A DNA stretch of 32,000 bases from Alkalilimnicola ehrlichii MLHE-1 (GCF_000014785.1 NC_008340.1:180001-212000), one strand, 5' to 3'; counted from the first letter of the stretch, positions 21,968 to 31,735 are shown. The notes: a model not told the origin generated them from the sequence alone. A program made the numbers and translations.

Positions 21968-22452
21968 ACCCGGCCATTCCCCGCGGCCGCTGGGTCATCC
22001 TCGCCAGTCTGGTGCTGGCGGGGATGCTGGTGATCGTGCCCATGCCCGATTGGGCGGTGCCGGCGCGGCCGCAATGGGTGGCCCTGGTGTTATTGTACTG
22101 GGCCATGGCGTTGCCCAGCCGGGTGGGGGTGACGGTGGCCTGGCTGGCCGGCCTGTTTCAGGATGCCCTGGTCGGCAGCCTGCTGGGCCAGCACGCGCTG
22201 GCCTTCGCACTGATCGCCTGGATCATCCTCAAGCTGCACCGGCGGATGCGCCTGATGCCCGTCTGGCAACAGGCGCTGACCATCCTGCTGCTGCTCTATG
22301 CAGTGCAGTTGGTGCTGTTCTGGGTCAATGGTTTTGTCGGCCGGCCGGTGCCCCCCTGGCAGGCCTGGCTGGCACCGGTGATTGGCGCGGCGCTGTGGCC
22401 CTGGGTCTTTTTCCTGCTGCGTACCGCGCGCCGCCATTTCGGCGTACAGTAG
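21964..22452 (+). CDS. mreD: Rod-shape determining protein MreD
   Basis: Five to six TM helices, 162 aa, ATGA overlap with mreC. Confidence 0.92.
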   Translation: MNPAIPRGRWVILASLVLAGMLVIVPMPDWAVPARPQWVALVLLYWAMALPSRVGVTVAWLAGLFQDALVGSLLGQHALAFALIAWIILKLHRRMRLMPVWQQALTILLLLYAVQLVLFWVNGFVGRPVPPWQAWLAPVIGAALWPWVFFLLRTARRHFGVQ

Positions 22453-22460
22453 TGAGCGGA

Positions 22461-24353
22461 ATGCACCACTCCAAGGCCATCAAGGACGGTTCCACCGAGG
22501 CCCGTCAGTTCTTCCGCCGCGTCGTGGTGGCGGCGGTGGCCGTCTGTCTGTTCACCGGGGTACTGGTCAACCAGATGGTCAAGTTGCAGGTGCGCGATCA
22601 CGAGCACTACAGCACCCTCTCCCAGCAGAATCGCGTGCGCCTGCAACCGGTGCCGCCCACCCGGGGGCTGATCTACGACCGTAATGGCGTGCTCCTGGCC
22701 GAGAACCGCCCCTCCTATCGGCTGACGGTCACCCCGGAACAGGTGCGTGACATGCCGGCGCTGCTGGCGGCGCTGGGCGAGGTGGTGAGCCTGGATGAAG
22801 CGGAGATCAGCCGCTTCCAGCAGCAGCTCCAGCGCGCCCGGCGCTTCCACGAGGTGCCCCTGAAGCTGCGCCTGACCGAGGAGGAGGTGGCGCGGCTGTC
22901 GGTGCACCGTCACCGTTTCCCCGGGGTGGAGGTGCGGGCGCAACTCACCCGCCACTATCCCCATGGCGAACACATGGCCCATGTGCTGGGGTATGTGGGC
23001 CGGATCAGCGAGCAGGAACTCCGCCGCATCGACACCGCCAACTACGCCGGCAGCACCCACATTGGCAAGAGCGGTGTGGAGCGGGCCTACGAGAACCTGC
23101 TGCACGGGCGGGTGGGTTACGAGCAGGTGGAGACCAACGCCCTGGGGCGGGTGCTGCGGGTGCTGGAGCGCCACCCGCCGGAACCCGGCGTGGACCTCTA
23201 CCTGACCCTCGATAGTCGCCTGCAACGGGTGGCGGAGGCGGCGCTGGGTGACCAGCGGGGCTCGGTGGTGGCCATGGACGTCCACACCGGGGACATCCTG
23301 GCCATGGTCAGCCATCCGGGCTACGACCCTAACCTCTTCGTGGGCGGCATCAGTCACCAGCAGTTCCAGGCGCTGCAGAGTGCGGGCAGCCAGCCGCTGT
23401 TCAACCGCGCCATCCGCGGCCAGTACCCGCCGGGCTCCACCATCAAGCCCTTCGTGGCGCTGGCCGGCCTGCATCACGGCGAGACCAACGAGACCCGCCG
23501 GGTGCAGTGCTCCGGCCAGTTCTCCATCCCCGGAGACGACCGGGTCTACCGTGGTCGCTGGCACTCCAACGACGGCCTGCTGGCGCTGCGTGAGTCCATC
23601 GCGGAGTCCTGCAATATCTATTTCTACGATCTCGCCTACCGGATGGGCATCGACGACATGTCCGGTTTCCTCGCCGGGTTCGGCTTCGGTCAGCTCAGCG
23701 GCCTGGATCTCAACGGCGAACGGCGCGGAGTGCTGCCCTCGCGCGACTGGAAACGCGGCGCGCTGGGCGAGGGGTGGTACCACGGCGAGACCCTGCATAC
23801 CGGCATTGGCCAGGGCTACTTCTCGGTCACCCCGCTGCAACTGGCGGTGGCCACGGCGGTCATGGCCAATCGGGGCCAGGCGGTGCAGCCGCGCCTGTTG
23901 GCGCGCACCGGTGACGATGCCGAACCGCTCGAGGCCCCGCCGGCGGTGCCCGATCCGGAGGAGCGGGTCGTGGTGAGCGACGCCAGGCATTGGGATGCGG
24001 TGATCGAGGGCATGGAGATGACGGTGCATGGCCGCTTTGGCACCGCCCGGCGCATCGATGACGGGCTCGACTACCGGATCGCCGGTAAGACCGGCACCGC
24101 CCAGGTTTCGGCCCGGATGCGCGATGTGGACCACGAGGACCGCCCCTACCACCATCGCGACCACGGCCTGTTTGTGGCCTTCGCGCCGGCGGAGGCGCCC
24201 AGGATCGCGGTCTCGGTGGTGGTGGAGCACGGCGGCGGCGGGGGCCGGAGCGCGGCACCGGTGGCCCGGCAGGTGCTGGATGCCTACCTGAAGGGGCCGG
24301 TGGAAGCGGAGGTCGAGGTAGCGGCGGAGGTGAGCGAGCATGGCGGCGATTGA
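22461..24353 (+). CDS. mrdA: Peptidoglycan transpeptidase PBP2
   Basis: MHHSKAIKDGSTEARQFFRRVVVAAVAVCLFTGVLVNQMVKLQVRDHEHYSTLSQQNRVRLQPVPPTRGLIYDRNG; SxxK motif PGSTIKP; KTG motif AGKTGTAQ. The track ORF (21678) starts too early. Confidence 0.96.
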   Translation: MHHSKAIKDGSTEARQFFRRVVVAAVAVCLFTGVLVNQMVKLQVRDHEHYSTLSQQNRVRLQPVPPTRGLIYDRNGVLLAENRPSYRLTVTPEQVRDMPALLAALGEVVSLDEAEISRFQQQLQRARRFHEVPLKLRLTEEEVARLSVHRHRFPGVEVRAQLTRHYPHGEHMAHVLGYVGRISEQELRRIDTANYAGSTHIGKSGVERAYENLLHGRVGYEQVETNALGRVLRVLERHPPEPGVDLYLTLDSRLQRVAEAALGDQRGSVVAMDVHTGDILAMVSHPGYDPNLFVGGISHQQFQALQSAGSQPLFNRAIRGQYPPGSTIKPFVALAGLHHGETNETRRVQCSGQFSIPGDDRVYRGRWHSNDGLLALRESIAESCNIYFYDLAYRMGIDDMSGFLAGFGFGQLSGLDLNGERRGVLPSRDWKRGALGEGWYHGETLHTGIGQGYFSVTPLQLAVATAVMANRGQAVQPRLLARTGDDAEPLEAPPAVPDPEERVVVSDARHWDAVIEGMEMTVHGRFGTARRIDDGLDYRIAGKTGTAQVSARMRDVDHEDRPYHHRDHGLFVAFAPAEAPRIAVSVVVEHGGGGGRSAAPVARQVLDAYLKGPVEAEVEVAAEVSEHGGD

Positions 24354-25491
24354 TCTGACCCGCAACCCGCTGGGCACGCGCAGCCGCCTGGGCACCAGTG
24401 GCCTGTCCCCGCTGCAGCGCTATCTGCACCTGGACGGCACCTTGCTGACGGCGCTGTTGCTGGTGGCGCTGTTCGGCCTGGCGGTGCTCTACAGCTCCTT
24501 TGGCGAGAACCCCGCCCAGGTGCAGAAGCAGCTCATCCGCCTCGGTATCGCCTTCTCCGTCATGCTGGCGATGGCGCAGATCCCGCCCAGTACCCTGCGG
24601 CGCTGGACGCCGTGGCTGTTCGCCGCCGGGGTGGTCATGCTGCTGGCGGTGATGGTGCTCGGCGTCATGGGCAAGGGCGCACAGCGTTGGCTGGACCTGG
24701 GGATCGTGCGTTTCCAGCCTTCGGAACTGATGAAACTGGCCATCCCCATGATGGTGGCCTGGTGGCTGGCGGAGCGTCCGCTGCCGCCGAACTGGCGTAG
24801 CATCGTCATCTGCGGCACGTTCATCCTCGTGCCCACGGCGCTGATCGCGCTGCAGCCGGACCTGGGCACCGCCGTGGTCACCGCGGCCTCCGGGTTCTTC
24901 GTGCTCTATCTCGCCGGGCTGCGCTGGCGCTGGATATTCGCCCTGCTGGCCCTGCTCGCCGCCGCTGCCCCGCTGCTCTGGTTCTTCGTCATGCAGGACT
25001 ACCAGCAACAGCGGGTGCTCACCTTCCTCAACCCGGAACGCGACCCGCTGGGTGCCGGCTACCACATCATGCAGTCGAAGATCGCCATCGGCTCCGGCGG
25101 GTTGTTCGGCAAGGGCTGGCTCAACGGCACCCAGGCCCACCTGGACTTCCTGCCCGAGCGGCACACAGACTTCGTCATGGCCGTGGTCAGCGAGGAGTTT
25201 GGTCTGGTGGGTGTGGTGCAGCTGCTGGCGGTCTATCTTTTCATCGTCGGCCGCGGTCTGTGGATCGCGGTCAACGCCCAGGACACCTGGAGCCGACTGG
25301 TGGGGGGCAGCCTGGCCCTTACTTTCTTCGTCTACGTGTTCGTCAACGCGGGCATGGTTTCCGGGCTGCTGCCGGTGGTGGGGCTGCCGTTGCCGCTGGT
25401 GAGTTTCGGGGGCACGTCACTGGTGACGGTGATGGCCGCTTTCGGTATTCTCATGTCCATACACACCCATCGAAGAATATGGTCATCCTGA
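24340..25491 (+). CDS. rodA: SEDS peptidoglycan glycosyltransferase RodA
   Basis: Multi-TM SEDS protein, GKGWLNGTQAHLDFLPERHTDFVMAVVSEEFGLVG; overlaps mrdA by 14 nt. Confidence 0.96.
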   Translation: MAAIDLTRNPLGTRSRLGTSGLSPLQRYLHLDGTLLTALLLVALFGLAVLYSSFGENPAQVQKQLIRLGIAFSVMLAMAQIPPSTLRRWTPWLFAAGVVMLLAVMVLGVMGKGAQRWLDLGIVRFQPSELMKLAIPMMVAWWLAERPLPPNWRSIVICGTFILVPTALIALQPDLGTAVVTAASGFFVLYLAGLRWRWIFALLALLAAAAPLLWFFVMQDYQQQRVLTFLNPERDPLGAGYHIMQSKIAIGSGGLFGKGWLNGTQAHLDFLPERHTDFVMAVVSEEFGLVGVVQLLAVYLFIVGRGLWIAVNAQDTWSRLVGGSLALTFFVYVFVNAGMVSGLLPVVGLPLPLVSFGGTSLVTVMAAFGILMSIHTHRRIWSS

Positions 25492-25515
25492 ATAACTTAG
25501 CGGGTATTCTGTGTA

Positions 25516-26508
25516 ATGGACCTTAAGAAATCGTGGCTGGCCGCCGGCTTTGTCCTGCTGGCGGGGCTGGCGGCTCCGGTGCAGGCCGGGTTTTCGGACG
25601 ATGGCCTGGCCGCCTTCGCCGAGGAGGTCAGTCAGCGTCACGGTCTGGACCGGGCGCAGGTGCAGGCGTTGGTGGACGGCGCCGTCTTCCAGCAGGAGAT
25701 CATCGATGCCATCTCCAGTCCGGCCGAGGCACGTCCCTGGCGCGATTACCGGCCGATCTTCCTGACCGAGTCCCGCATCGAGCAGGGCGTGGAGTTCTGG
25801 GACCGGCACGCTGACCAGGTGGCGCGGGCGTCGGAGGCGTTCGGGGTCGCCCCCGAGGTGCTGGTGGCCATCATTGGGGTGGAGACCCGCTACGGCCGCC
25901 ATGCCGGCCGCCACCGGGTGCTGGACGCCCTGACCACCCTGGCCTTCGGTTATCCCCCGCGCGCCGATTTCTTCCGTCGGGAACTGGAGCAGTTCCTGTT
26001 GCTGGTGGACGAGGAGGGGCTGGACCCGACGGCGCTCAAGGGCTCCTACGCCGGTGCCATGGGCCTGCCGCAGTTCATCGCCAGCAGCTACCGCCACTAC
26101 GCGGTGGACTTCGACGGCAGCGGCCAGCGGGACCTGTTCGGTAACAAGGCCGACATCCTCGGCAGTGTGGCCAACTACTTCGACGCGCACGGCTGGCGCG
26201 CCGGGGAGCCGGTGGCGGTGCGTGCCACGGTGGCCGGCGAGGCCGGGTCCGAGCTGGCCAGTGCCACCCGCGGGCCCACCCGGACCCGGCACACCATGGC
26301 CGAGCTGGCCGCCGCGGGCGTCACACCCGAGCGCGACGTGGCGGATGACACCCCGGTGGCGCTGCTGGCGCTGGAGGGCGAGGACGGCCCGGAATACTGG
26401 GTGACCTTCCACAACTTCTACGTCATCACCCGCTATAACCACAGCGCCCTATACGGCCTGGCGGTGTTCCAACTGGCCGAGGCCATCCGGGAGGCGCGCG
26501 ACGCATGA
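25516..26508 (+). CDS. mltB: Lytic murein transglycosylase B
   Basis: VEFWDRHADQVARASEAFGVAPEVLVAIIGVETRYGRHAGRHRVLDALTTLAF; GAMGLPQFIASSYRHYAVDFDGSGQRDLF. Confidence 0.95.
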   Translation: MDLKKSWLAAGFVLLAGLAAPVQAGFSDDGLAAFAEEVSQRHGLDRAQVQALVDGAVFQQEIIDAISSPAEARPWRDYRPIFLTESRIEQGVEFWDRHADQVARASEAFGVAPEVLVAIIGVETRYGRHAGRHRVLDALTTLAFGYPPRADFFRRELEQFLLLVDEEGLDPTALKGSYAGAMGLPQFIASSYRHYAVDFDGSGQRDLFGNKADILGSVANYFDAHGWRAGEPVAVRATVAGEAGSELASATRGPTRTRHTMAELAAAGVTPERDVADDTPVALLALEGEDGPEYWVTFHNFYVITRYNHSALYGLAVFQLAEAIREARDA

Positions 26509-27479
26509 GACGGCTGATCCCTTTCGCCCTGCTCCTGGCCCTCTTTCTGACTGGCTGCTCCACGGTGAGTGGCCCTTCCGGCGAAGAGGGTGGGCCCTTC
26601 GCCGGCCGCAGCCCCGACGGTGGGCCGAGCAACCCGCCGGACCTCAGTCAGGTGCCGGACGCGGTGCCCCGGGACGAGCCCCGGGCCCGCTACGGTAACC
26701 CGGCCCGCTACGAGGTGTTCGGGCAAACCTATTACGTCAAGGACAGCGCCGAGGGCTACGACCAGGAGGGGATCGCCTCCTGGTACGGCACCAAGTTCCA
26801 CGGTCGCCGGACGTCCAGTGGCGAGCCCTACGACATGTACGCCATGACCGCGGCCCACCGCTCACTGCCCCTGCCCACCTACGCCGAGGTGACCAACCTG
26901 GATAACGGCAAGCGGGTGGTAGTGCGCATCAACGACCGCGGCCCCTTCGTGGACAACCGCATCATCGACCTGTCCTACGCGGCGGCCACCCGGCTGGACA
27001 TGGTGGATGCCGGCACCGCCCCTGTCCGGGTGCGGACCGTTACCGCGGCGGATTCCCTGCGTACCGCCCGCCCCGGGGACCGTGCGCCCGCCGGCGACGC
27101 GCAGGCAGCGTCCACCGTCCCCGATGATGACGGGGCGGACGCCGCGGGCCTCCCGGCGGTGGCGCTGCCGGAGGGCGAGCGGCTGGTGGTCACGTCGGGC
27201 GAGGACGCGCCCGAGGCCGCCGCCAATCCCTCCCGGGACAATGGGGCCGAGGCGAGTGGCCGTTACTTCCTGCAGCTCGGCGCCTTCGGCCAGGAGGCGA
27301 ACGCCCGCCGGCTGCGTGATGAGCTCGACGGCAAACTGAGCGCACCGGTGGCGGTGCATAGCGCCAACGGCGTGCACCGGGTGAAGGTCGGGCCGCTGGC
27401 CGACATGGGCGCGGTGGACCAGGCCCATGGCGAACTGGAACGCCAGGGCCTGCGGGACTTCCACCTGGTTGAGCGTTAG
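26505..27479 (+). CDS. rlpA: Septal ring lytic transglycosylase RlpA-family lipoprotein with SPOR domain
   Basis: Lipobox LTGCS; GIASWYGTKFHGRRTSSGEPYDMYAMTAAHRSLPLPTYAEVTNL...RINDRGPF; C-terminal SPOR GRYFLQLGAFGQEANARRLRDEL. Confidence 0.95.
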   Translation: MRRLIPFALLLALFLTGCSTVSGPSGEEGGPFAGRSPDGGPSNPPDLSQVPDAVPRDEPRARYGNPARYEVFGQTYYVKDSAEGYDQEGIASWYGTKFHGRRTSSGEPYDMYAMTAAHRSLPLPTYAEVTNLDNGKRVVVRINDRGPFVDNRIIDLSYAAATRLDMVDAGTAPVRVRTVTAADSLRTARPGDRAPAGDAQAASTVPDDDGADAAGLPAVALPEGERLVVTSGEDAPEAAANPSRDNGAEASGRYFLQLGAFGQEANARRLRDELDGKLSAPVAVHSANGVHRVKVGPLADMGAVDQAHGELERQGLRDFHLVER

Positions 27480-27550
27480 CCCACCGCCGGCCCGAACCCC
27501 CCGTGTACAATGCCCAACCCTGTCCAGACGATTGTGAGCGAGTTGCACCC

Positions 27551-28696
27551 ATGCGTCAGCTGATCCTTGCCTGCCTGCTGTTATTGCTGGTCCTGGTTTC
27601 CGGCGCCGCTGCCGGTCAGATCCCCATTCCCACACCGGCGGCGCCCTCCGTGGGGGCGGCGGCCCACGTGCTCATGGATGCTCGCAGCGGCCAGGTCCTG
27701 GCGGAGAACAACGCCGACGAGGCGCGTGACCCGGCTAGCCTGGTCAAGATGATGACCGCCTACGTGGTCTTTAGCGAGCTCCGTGAGGGCAACATCGATC
27801 TGGACGAACTGGTGACGGTGAGCGAACGTGCCTGGCGGACCCCCGGTTCGCGGATGTTCATCGAGCCCGGCGATAACGTCCGCGTGGGGGATCTGATCCG
27901 GGGCGTCATCATTCAATCCGGCAACGATGCCTGTGTGGCGCTGGCCGAGCATATCGCCGGCGATGAGCAGACCTTCGCCCAGGTGATGAACAGCTATGCC
28001 GAGCAGCTGGGCATGGAGAACACCTACTTTGCCAATGCCACCGGCCTGCCCGACGAGGCGATGAAGACCACGGCCCGCGACACCGCCCTCCTGGCCCGCG
28101 CCATCGTCCGTGACTTCCCCGAGTACTACGGCTGGTACTCCGAGCGCAGCTTCACCTGGAACGATATCCGTCAGTCCAACCGCAATCGTCTGCTCTGGCG
28201 CGACTCCAGCGTCGACGGGCTGAAGACCGGCCACACCAGCGCCGCCGGCTACAACCTGGCCGCCTCCGCCGAGCGCGAGGGCACGCGCCTGATCTCCGTG
28301 GTGCTGGGTACCGCCAGCGAGCAGGCGCGGGCGGATCAGACCCAGTCGCTGCTCAACTACGGCTTCCGTTTCTTCGAGACCCACCGGCTCTATGACGAGG
28401 GCGAGGAGCTGACCCGCACCCGGGTCTGGAAGGGCGATATGGAGGACCTCGGGGTGGGCATTGCCGATGAACTCTATGTGACCATCCCCCGCCGGCAGTA
28501 CGAGAACCTGGAGGCTCGCCTGCGCCTGGACGAGCCGCTGATCGCCCCGATCGAGGCCGGACAGCCGGTCGGCCGCCTGATCATCCGGCTGCAGGGGGAG
28601 GTGATGCACGAGGAGCCCCTGCTGGCGCGGGAGACCGTGGCCGAGGGCAGCCTCTGGCGCCGGTTGGTGGACGATGTCCTGCTGCGATTCCAGTGA
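27551..28696 (+). CDS. dacA: D-alanyl-D-alanine carboxypeptidase (PBP5/6 family)
   Basis: Signal peptide, SLVKMMTAYVVF (SxxK), SGNDACVALAEHIAG (SGN), DGLKTGHTSAAGYNLAASAEREGTRLISVVLG (KTG). ATG 27551 is preferred to 27503. Confidence 0.95.
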   Translation: MRQLILACLLLLLVLVSGAAAGQIPIPTPAAPSVGAAAHVLMDARSGQVLAENNADEARDPASLVKMMTAYVVFSELREGNIDLDELVTVSERAWRTPGSRMFIEPGDNVRVGDLIRGVIIQSGNDACVALAEHIAGDEQTFAQVMNSYAEQLGMENTYFANATGLPDEAMKTTARDTALLARAIVRDFPEYYGWYSERSFTWNDIRQSNRNRLLWRDSSVDGLKTGHTSAAGYNLAASAEREGTRLISVVLGTASEQARADQTQSLLNYGFRFFETHRLYDEGEELTRTRVWKGDMEDLGVGIADELYVTIPRRQYENLEARLRLDEPLIAPIEAGQPVGRLIIRLQGEVMHEEPLLARETVAEGSLWRRLVDDVLLRFQ

Positions 28697-29568
28697 CCGG
28701 AGCGGCCATGCGTGACATCTGCTATCTGAACGGCGAGTTCCTGCCCCTGGAGCGCGCCTGTATCTCGCCCATGGACCGGGGCTTCCTGTTCGGCGATGGC
28801 GCCTACGAGGTGGTCCCAGTCTACGGTGGCCGCCCCTTCCGGCTGCCGGCACACCTGCGCCGGTTGGACCAGACCCTGGCCGGTATCCGCCTGCCCAATC
28901 CCCATACCCATGAGCACTGGACCCGCCTGATCCACGAGCTGCTGGCGGCCGGCCGGTGGCGGGATGCGGGGGTCTACCTGCAGATCACCCGCGGGGTGCC
29001 CGAGCAGCGCGACCACGCCTTCCCGGAAGGGACCCGGCCCACTGTCTTCATGACGGCCTCGCCCCTGCCGACCCCGATGCCGCCGGACAGCGAGCAGGGC
29101 AAGTCCGCCGTCCGGCTCCAGGACAACCGCTGGGGGCGCTGCGATCTAAAGACCGTCGCCCTGCTGCCCAACGTGCTGCTGCGCCAGCAGGCGGTGGAGG
29201 CGGGCGCGGACGAGGCGCTGCTGCTGCGCGACGGCCAGCTCACCGAGGGGGCGGCCAGCAATGCCTTCGTGGTGTGCGAAAATAGAGTGAAGACGCCGCT
29301 GCAGGGGCCGGGCCTGCTGCCCGGGGTCACCCGCGACTTTGTCGTGGAGCTATTACGCGACCACGGCGTGGCCTGCGAGTGCACCACCATCAGCGCCGAG
29401 GAGCTGGCACGGGCCGATGAGATCTGGCTGACCAGCTCCACCAAGGAGCTGCTCCCGGTCACCCGGTTGGACGGCGAGCCGGTGGGCGACGGTCGCCCCG
29501 GACCGATGTGGCGGCGGACCCGAGCCTGGTTCGACGAGCACAAGGCGGCCTGGGCCGCCGGAGGCTGA
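28693..29568 (+). CDS. dat: Class IV PLP-dependent aminotransferase, probable D-alanine transaminase
   Basis: CYLNGEFLPLERACISPMDRGFLFGDGAYEVVPVYGGRPFRLPAHLRRL; ITRGVPEQRDHAFP; EGAASNAFVV. ATG 28708 is an alternative start. Confidence 0.87.
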   Translation: MTGAAMRDICYLNGEFLPLERACISPMDRGFLFGDGAYEVVPVYGGRPFRLPAHLRRLDQTLAGIRLPNPHTHEHWTRLIHELLAAGRWRDAGVYLQITRGVPEQRDHAFPEGTRPTVFMTASPLPTPMPPDSEQGKSAVRLQDNRWGRCDLKTVALLPNVLLRQQAVEAGADEALLLRDGQLTEGAASNAFVVCENRVKTPLQGPGLLPGVTRDFVVELLRDHGVACECTTISAEELARADEIWLTSSTKELLPVTRLDGEPVGDGRPGPMWRRTRAWFDEHKAAWAAGG

Positions 29569-29569
29569 G

Positions 29570-29848
29570 ATGGTTCAGCAGTTCGACGAGGACAACACCC
29601 CCCTTGAGTTCCCCTGCCGCTTCCCGATCAAGGCCATGGGTCGTGCGGAGGCGGACATCGAGGCCCTGGTCCGGGCGGTGCTCACCGAGCACCTGGACCG
29701 CCCGGAGCAGGTGGAGTTGCGCGTCAGCGAGAGCCGCAACGGCCGTTTCGTCTCGGTCACCGCCACCATCACCGCCCACAGCCGGCCGCAACTGGATGCC
29801 ATCTACCGCGCCTTGCATGCGGAAGAGGCCATCCTGATGACCCTCTAG
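29570..29848 (+). CDS. ybeD: YbeD/DUF493 family protein
   Basis: TPLEFPCRFPIKAMGRAEADIEALVRAVLTEHL...SVTATITAHSRPQLDAIYRALHAEEAILMTL; positioned between dat and lipB. Confidence 0.9.
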   Translation: MVQQFDEDNTPLEFPCRFPIKAMGRAEADIEALVRAVLTEHLDRPEQVELRVSESRNGRFVSVTATITAHSRPQLDAIYRALHAEEAILMTL

Positions 29849-29866
29849 GGAACCATGAACGAAAGC

Positions 29867-30118
29867 TTCGTTGTCATTGCGAACGCGCTTCCCACCGGCA
29901 CTGCCAACGCGGCCCCGCCTCACCGTCACCGCTGGGGCGGGCCCGTCACCACCGCCACCGACGCCGCCACTCCCACGGCGACTGGCGGCGCTACTCCCAC
30001 CGTGACTGGCGCCACCCCCAGCGCGACTGCGAGGAGCGAACCCGTCCCCACCGTTACGGCGAGCGGCGGCGTCACCCCCCACCGTCACGGCGAGGACCGG
30101 ACCCGCCCCCACCCCCAC
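29867..30118 (+). repeat. Degenerate tandem head-fragment array of the interspersed repeat
   Basis: Reiterated TGTCATTGCGA, CCGTCACC, CCGTGACTGGC, CGACTGCGAGGAGCG, CCGTTACGGCGAGCGG and CCGTCACGGCGAG modules preceding copy 7. Confidence 0.7.
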
Positions 30119-30197
30119 TGTCACTGCGAGGAGGCGAAGCCGACGTGGCAGTCTACCGCTCTGGATCGCCGCGGGCCTTCGGCCCTCGCGATGACGG
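30119..30197 (+). repeat. Interspersed repeat copy 7
   Basis: TGTCACTGCGAGGAGGCGAAGCCGACGTGGCAGTCTACCGCTCTGGATCGCCGCGGGCCTTCGGCCCTCGCGATGACGG. Confidence 0.9.
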
Positions 30198-30291
30198 GTG
30201 GGGGATGTCTTCGGCCGTCGCGATGAGGGGCCGCCTTTGCCATGACGGTTTATTTTGCGCCTCGTTAAAGGTAGCTGTATAAGGAGTGCCT

Positions 30292-30939
30292 ATGCCCCCG
30301 TCCCCGTTGACCGATATCCAGGTCCGCTACCTGGGCCGGCGCGACTACCGCGAGACCTGGTCCGCGATGCGCCGTTACACCGACGAGCGCGGCCCGGACA
30401 CGCCGGACCAGCTCTGGGTGGTCTCCCACCCGCCGGTCTACACCCTGGGGCAGGCGGGACGGCGCGAACATATCCTCGACCCCGGTGAGATCCCGGTGGT
30501 GGAGACCGACCGGGGCGGCCAGGTCACCTACCACGGCCCGGGCCAGATCGTGCTCTACCCCCTGCTGGACCTGCGCCGCTGGGGCCTGGGCGTGCGCAGC
30601 CTGGTCAGCGCCCTGGAGCACACCGTGATCAGCCTGCTGGCGGGCTACGGGATTGCCTCCGAGGCGCGCGACGACGCCCCCGGCGTCTACGTGGAGGGTC
30701 GCAAGGTGGCGTCTGTGGGCCTGCGCGTGCGCCGCGGCTGCAGCTACCACGGCCTGGCCGTAAACGTGGATGTCGACCTGGAACCCTTCCTTCGCATCAA
30801 TCCCTGTGGCTACCCCGGGCTCGAGGTCACCCGCCTGCTGGACCTGGGCGTGCCCACGCCCTACGAGCGCCTGGAGGCCGATCTGGCGCTGCACTGTCTG
30901 GAGGCGATCGTCGAGTACGGGAACGGCGGCGCGGCCTAA
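30292..30939 (+). CDS. lipB: Octanoyl-[acyl-carrier-protein]:protein N-octanoyltransferase
   Basis: [82 protein letters not shown] precedes ATG 30292. Confidence 0.96.
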   Translation: MPPSPLTDIQVRYLGRRDYRETWSAMRRYTDERGPDTPDQLWVVSHPPVYTLGQAGRREHILDPGEIPVVETDRGGQVTYHGPGQIVLYPLLDLRRWGLGVRSLVSALEHTVISLLAGYGIASEARDDAPGVYVEGRKVASVGLRVRRGCSYHGLAVNVDVDLEPFLRINPCGYPGLEVTRLLDLGVPTPYERLEADLALHCLEAIVEYGNGGAA

Positions 30940-30953
30940 CCAGGCGACCTTTA

Positions 30954-30970
30954 TGCACCGGTTTGGTGCC
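30954..30970 (+). promoter_or_regulatory. NtrC-like binding site TGCACCGGTTTGGTGCC
   Basis: Near-perfect match to the enteric NtrC enhancer pattern TGCACC-N5-GGTGCN, upstream of the hupE/ure genes. Confidence 0.5.
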
Positions 30971-31051
30971 CTTTCCCGCCAACGCCCCCGTCTAGTGCGC
31001 ACCACGGCGCCTTTGTCCTGCGCAACGCCCTGAAACAGCGGGTGCTCTTCC

Positions 31052-31068
31052 CTGGCATGCAACTTGGA
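31052..31068 (+). promoter_or_regulatory. Sigma-54-like element CTGGCATG-CAAC-TTGGA (imperfect -12)
   Basis: The -24 block matches well and spacing is correct, but the -12 GC is GG. Confidence 0.35.
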
Positions 31069-31122
31069 TAGACGGAGTGGGTATAACGCCCTTCCGTGGA
31101 CCACTGACATGCCGAGGTGACC

Positions 31123-31725
31123 ATGAGCCGTACTTCCCTGCCCATCCTGCTGTTCGCGCTGGCGGCCCTGCTGGCCGCGCCGCTGGCGCTGGCGCATCCG
31201 CATCCCCATCCTCATGTACACGGGGGCTTCGGCCAGGGACTCCTGCACCCGCTGTTGGGGCTGGATCACCTGCTGGCAATGCTGGGCCTGGGGCTCTGGG
31301 CCGGCCAGCAAGGCGACCGGCGCAGCGCCCTGCTGTTGCCGGGCGCTTTCCTGCTCGCCATGCTCGTGGGCTTCGGGGTGGGGCTGGCCTCCGCACCGAT
31401 GGTGGCGGTGGAGTTCGGCATTCTCGGTTCCCTGCTGGTGGTAGGCGGGCTGGTGGCCTGGGGCGGTCGCTTGCCCCTGGCCACCGGTATGGCCCTGGCC
31501 GCAGCCTTTGCCCTGTTTCACGGCCATGCCCACGGCGCCGAGATGGCCGCTGGCCTCTCCGGCCTGAGCTTCGGCGCGGGCTTCCTGCTGGCCAGTGCCG
31601 TCCTGCTCGCGGCGGGCGTGGGCCTGGAGCGCCTGGCCCGCCGGCAATTGCCGGCCCTGCCGCTGGCGCGGGGCGCCGGCGTGGGTATCGTGCTGGCCGG
31701 TCTCGTCCTCGTCGCACTGTTCTGA
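31123..31725 (+). CDS. HupE/UreJ family nickel permease-like protein
   Basis: LAHPHPHPHVHGGFGQGLLHPLLGLDHLLAMLGLGLWAGQ (HPxxGxDHLLAM signature), repeated TM helices, FHGHAHGAE. Confidence 0.93.
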   Translation: MSRTSLPILLFALAALLAAPLALAHPHPHPHVHGGFGQGLLHPLLGLDHLLAMLGLGLWAGQQGDRRSALLLPGAFLLAMLVGFGVGLASAPMVAVEFGILGSLLVVGGLVAWGGRLPLATGMALAAAFALFHGHAHGAEMAAGLSGLSFGAGFLLASAVLLAAGVGLERLARRQLPALPLARGAGVGIVLAGLVLVALF

Positions 31726-31735
31726 GCGCGGCGAG

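Noticed and set aside
22296-25164. Minus-strand ORFs (699 aa and 434 aa) opposite mrdA/rodA
   Set aside because: Shadow ORFs of well-identified PBP2 and RodA genes in GC-rich DNA.
29855-30226. 123 aa ORF MNESFVVIANALPTGTANAAPP...
   Set aside because: It lies almost entirely in the interspersed-repeat array. ...CHCEEAKPTWQSTALD... is the usual spurious translation of this type of repeat.
30255-30283. TTGCGC-N17-TATAAG as a lipB sigma-70 promoter
   Set aside because: The -10 would overlap the AAGGAG ribosome-binding site and transcription would begin essentially at the ATG. A leaderless mRNA is possible but the RBS argues against it.
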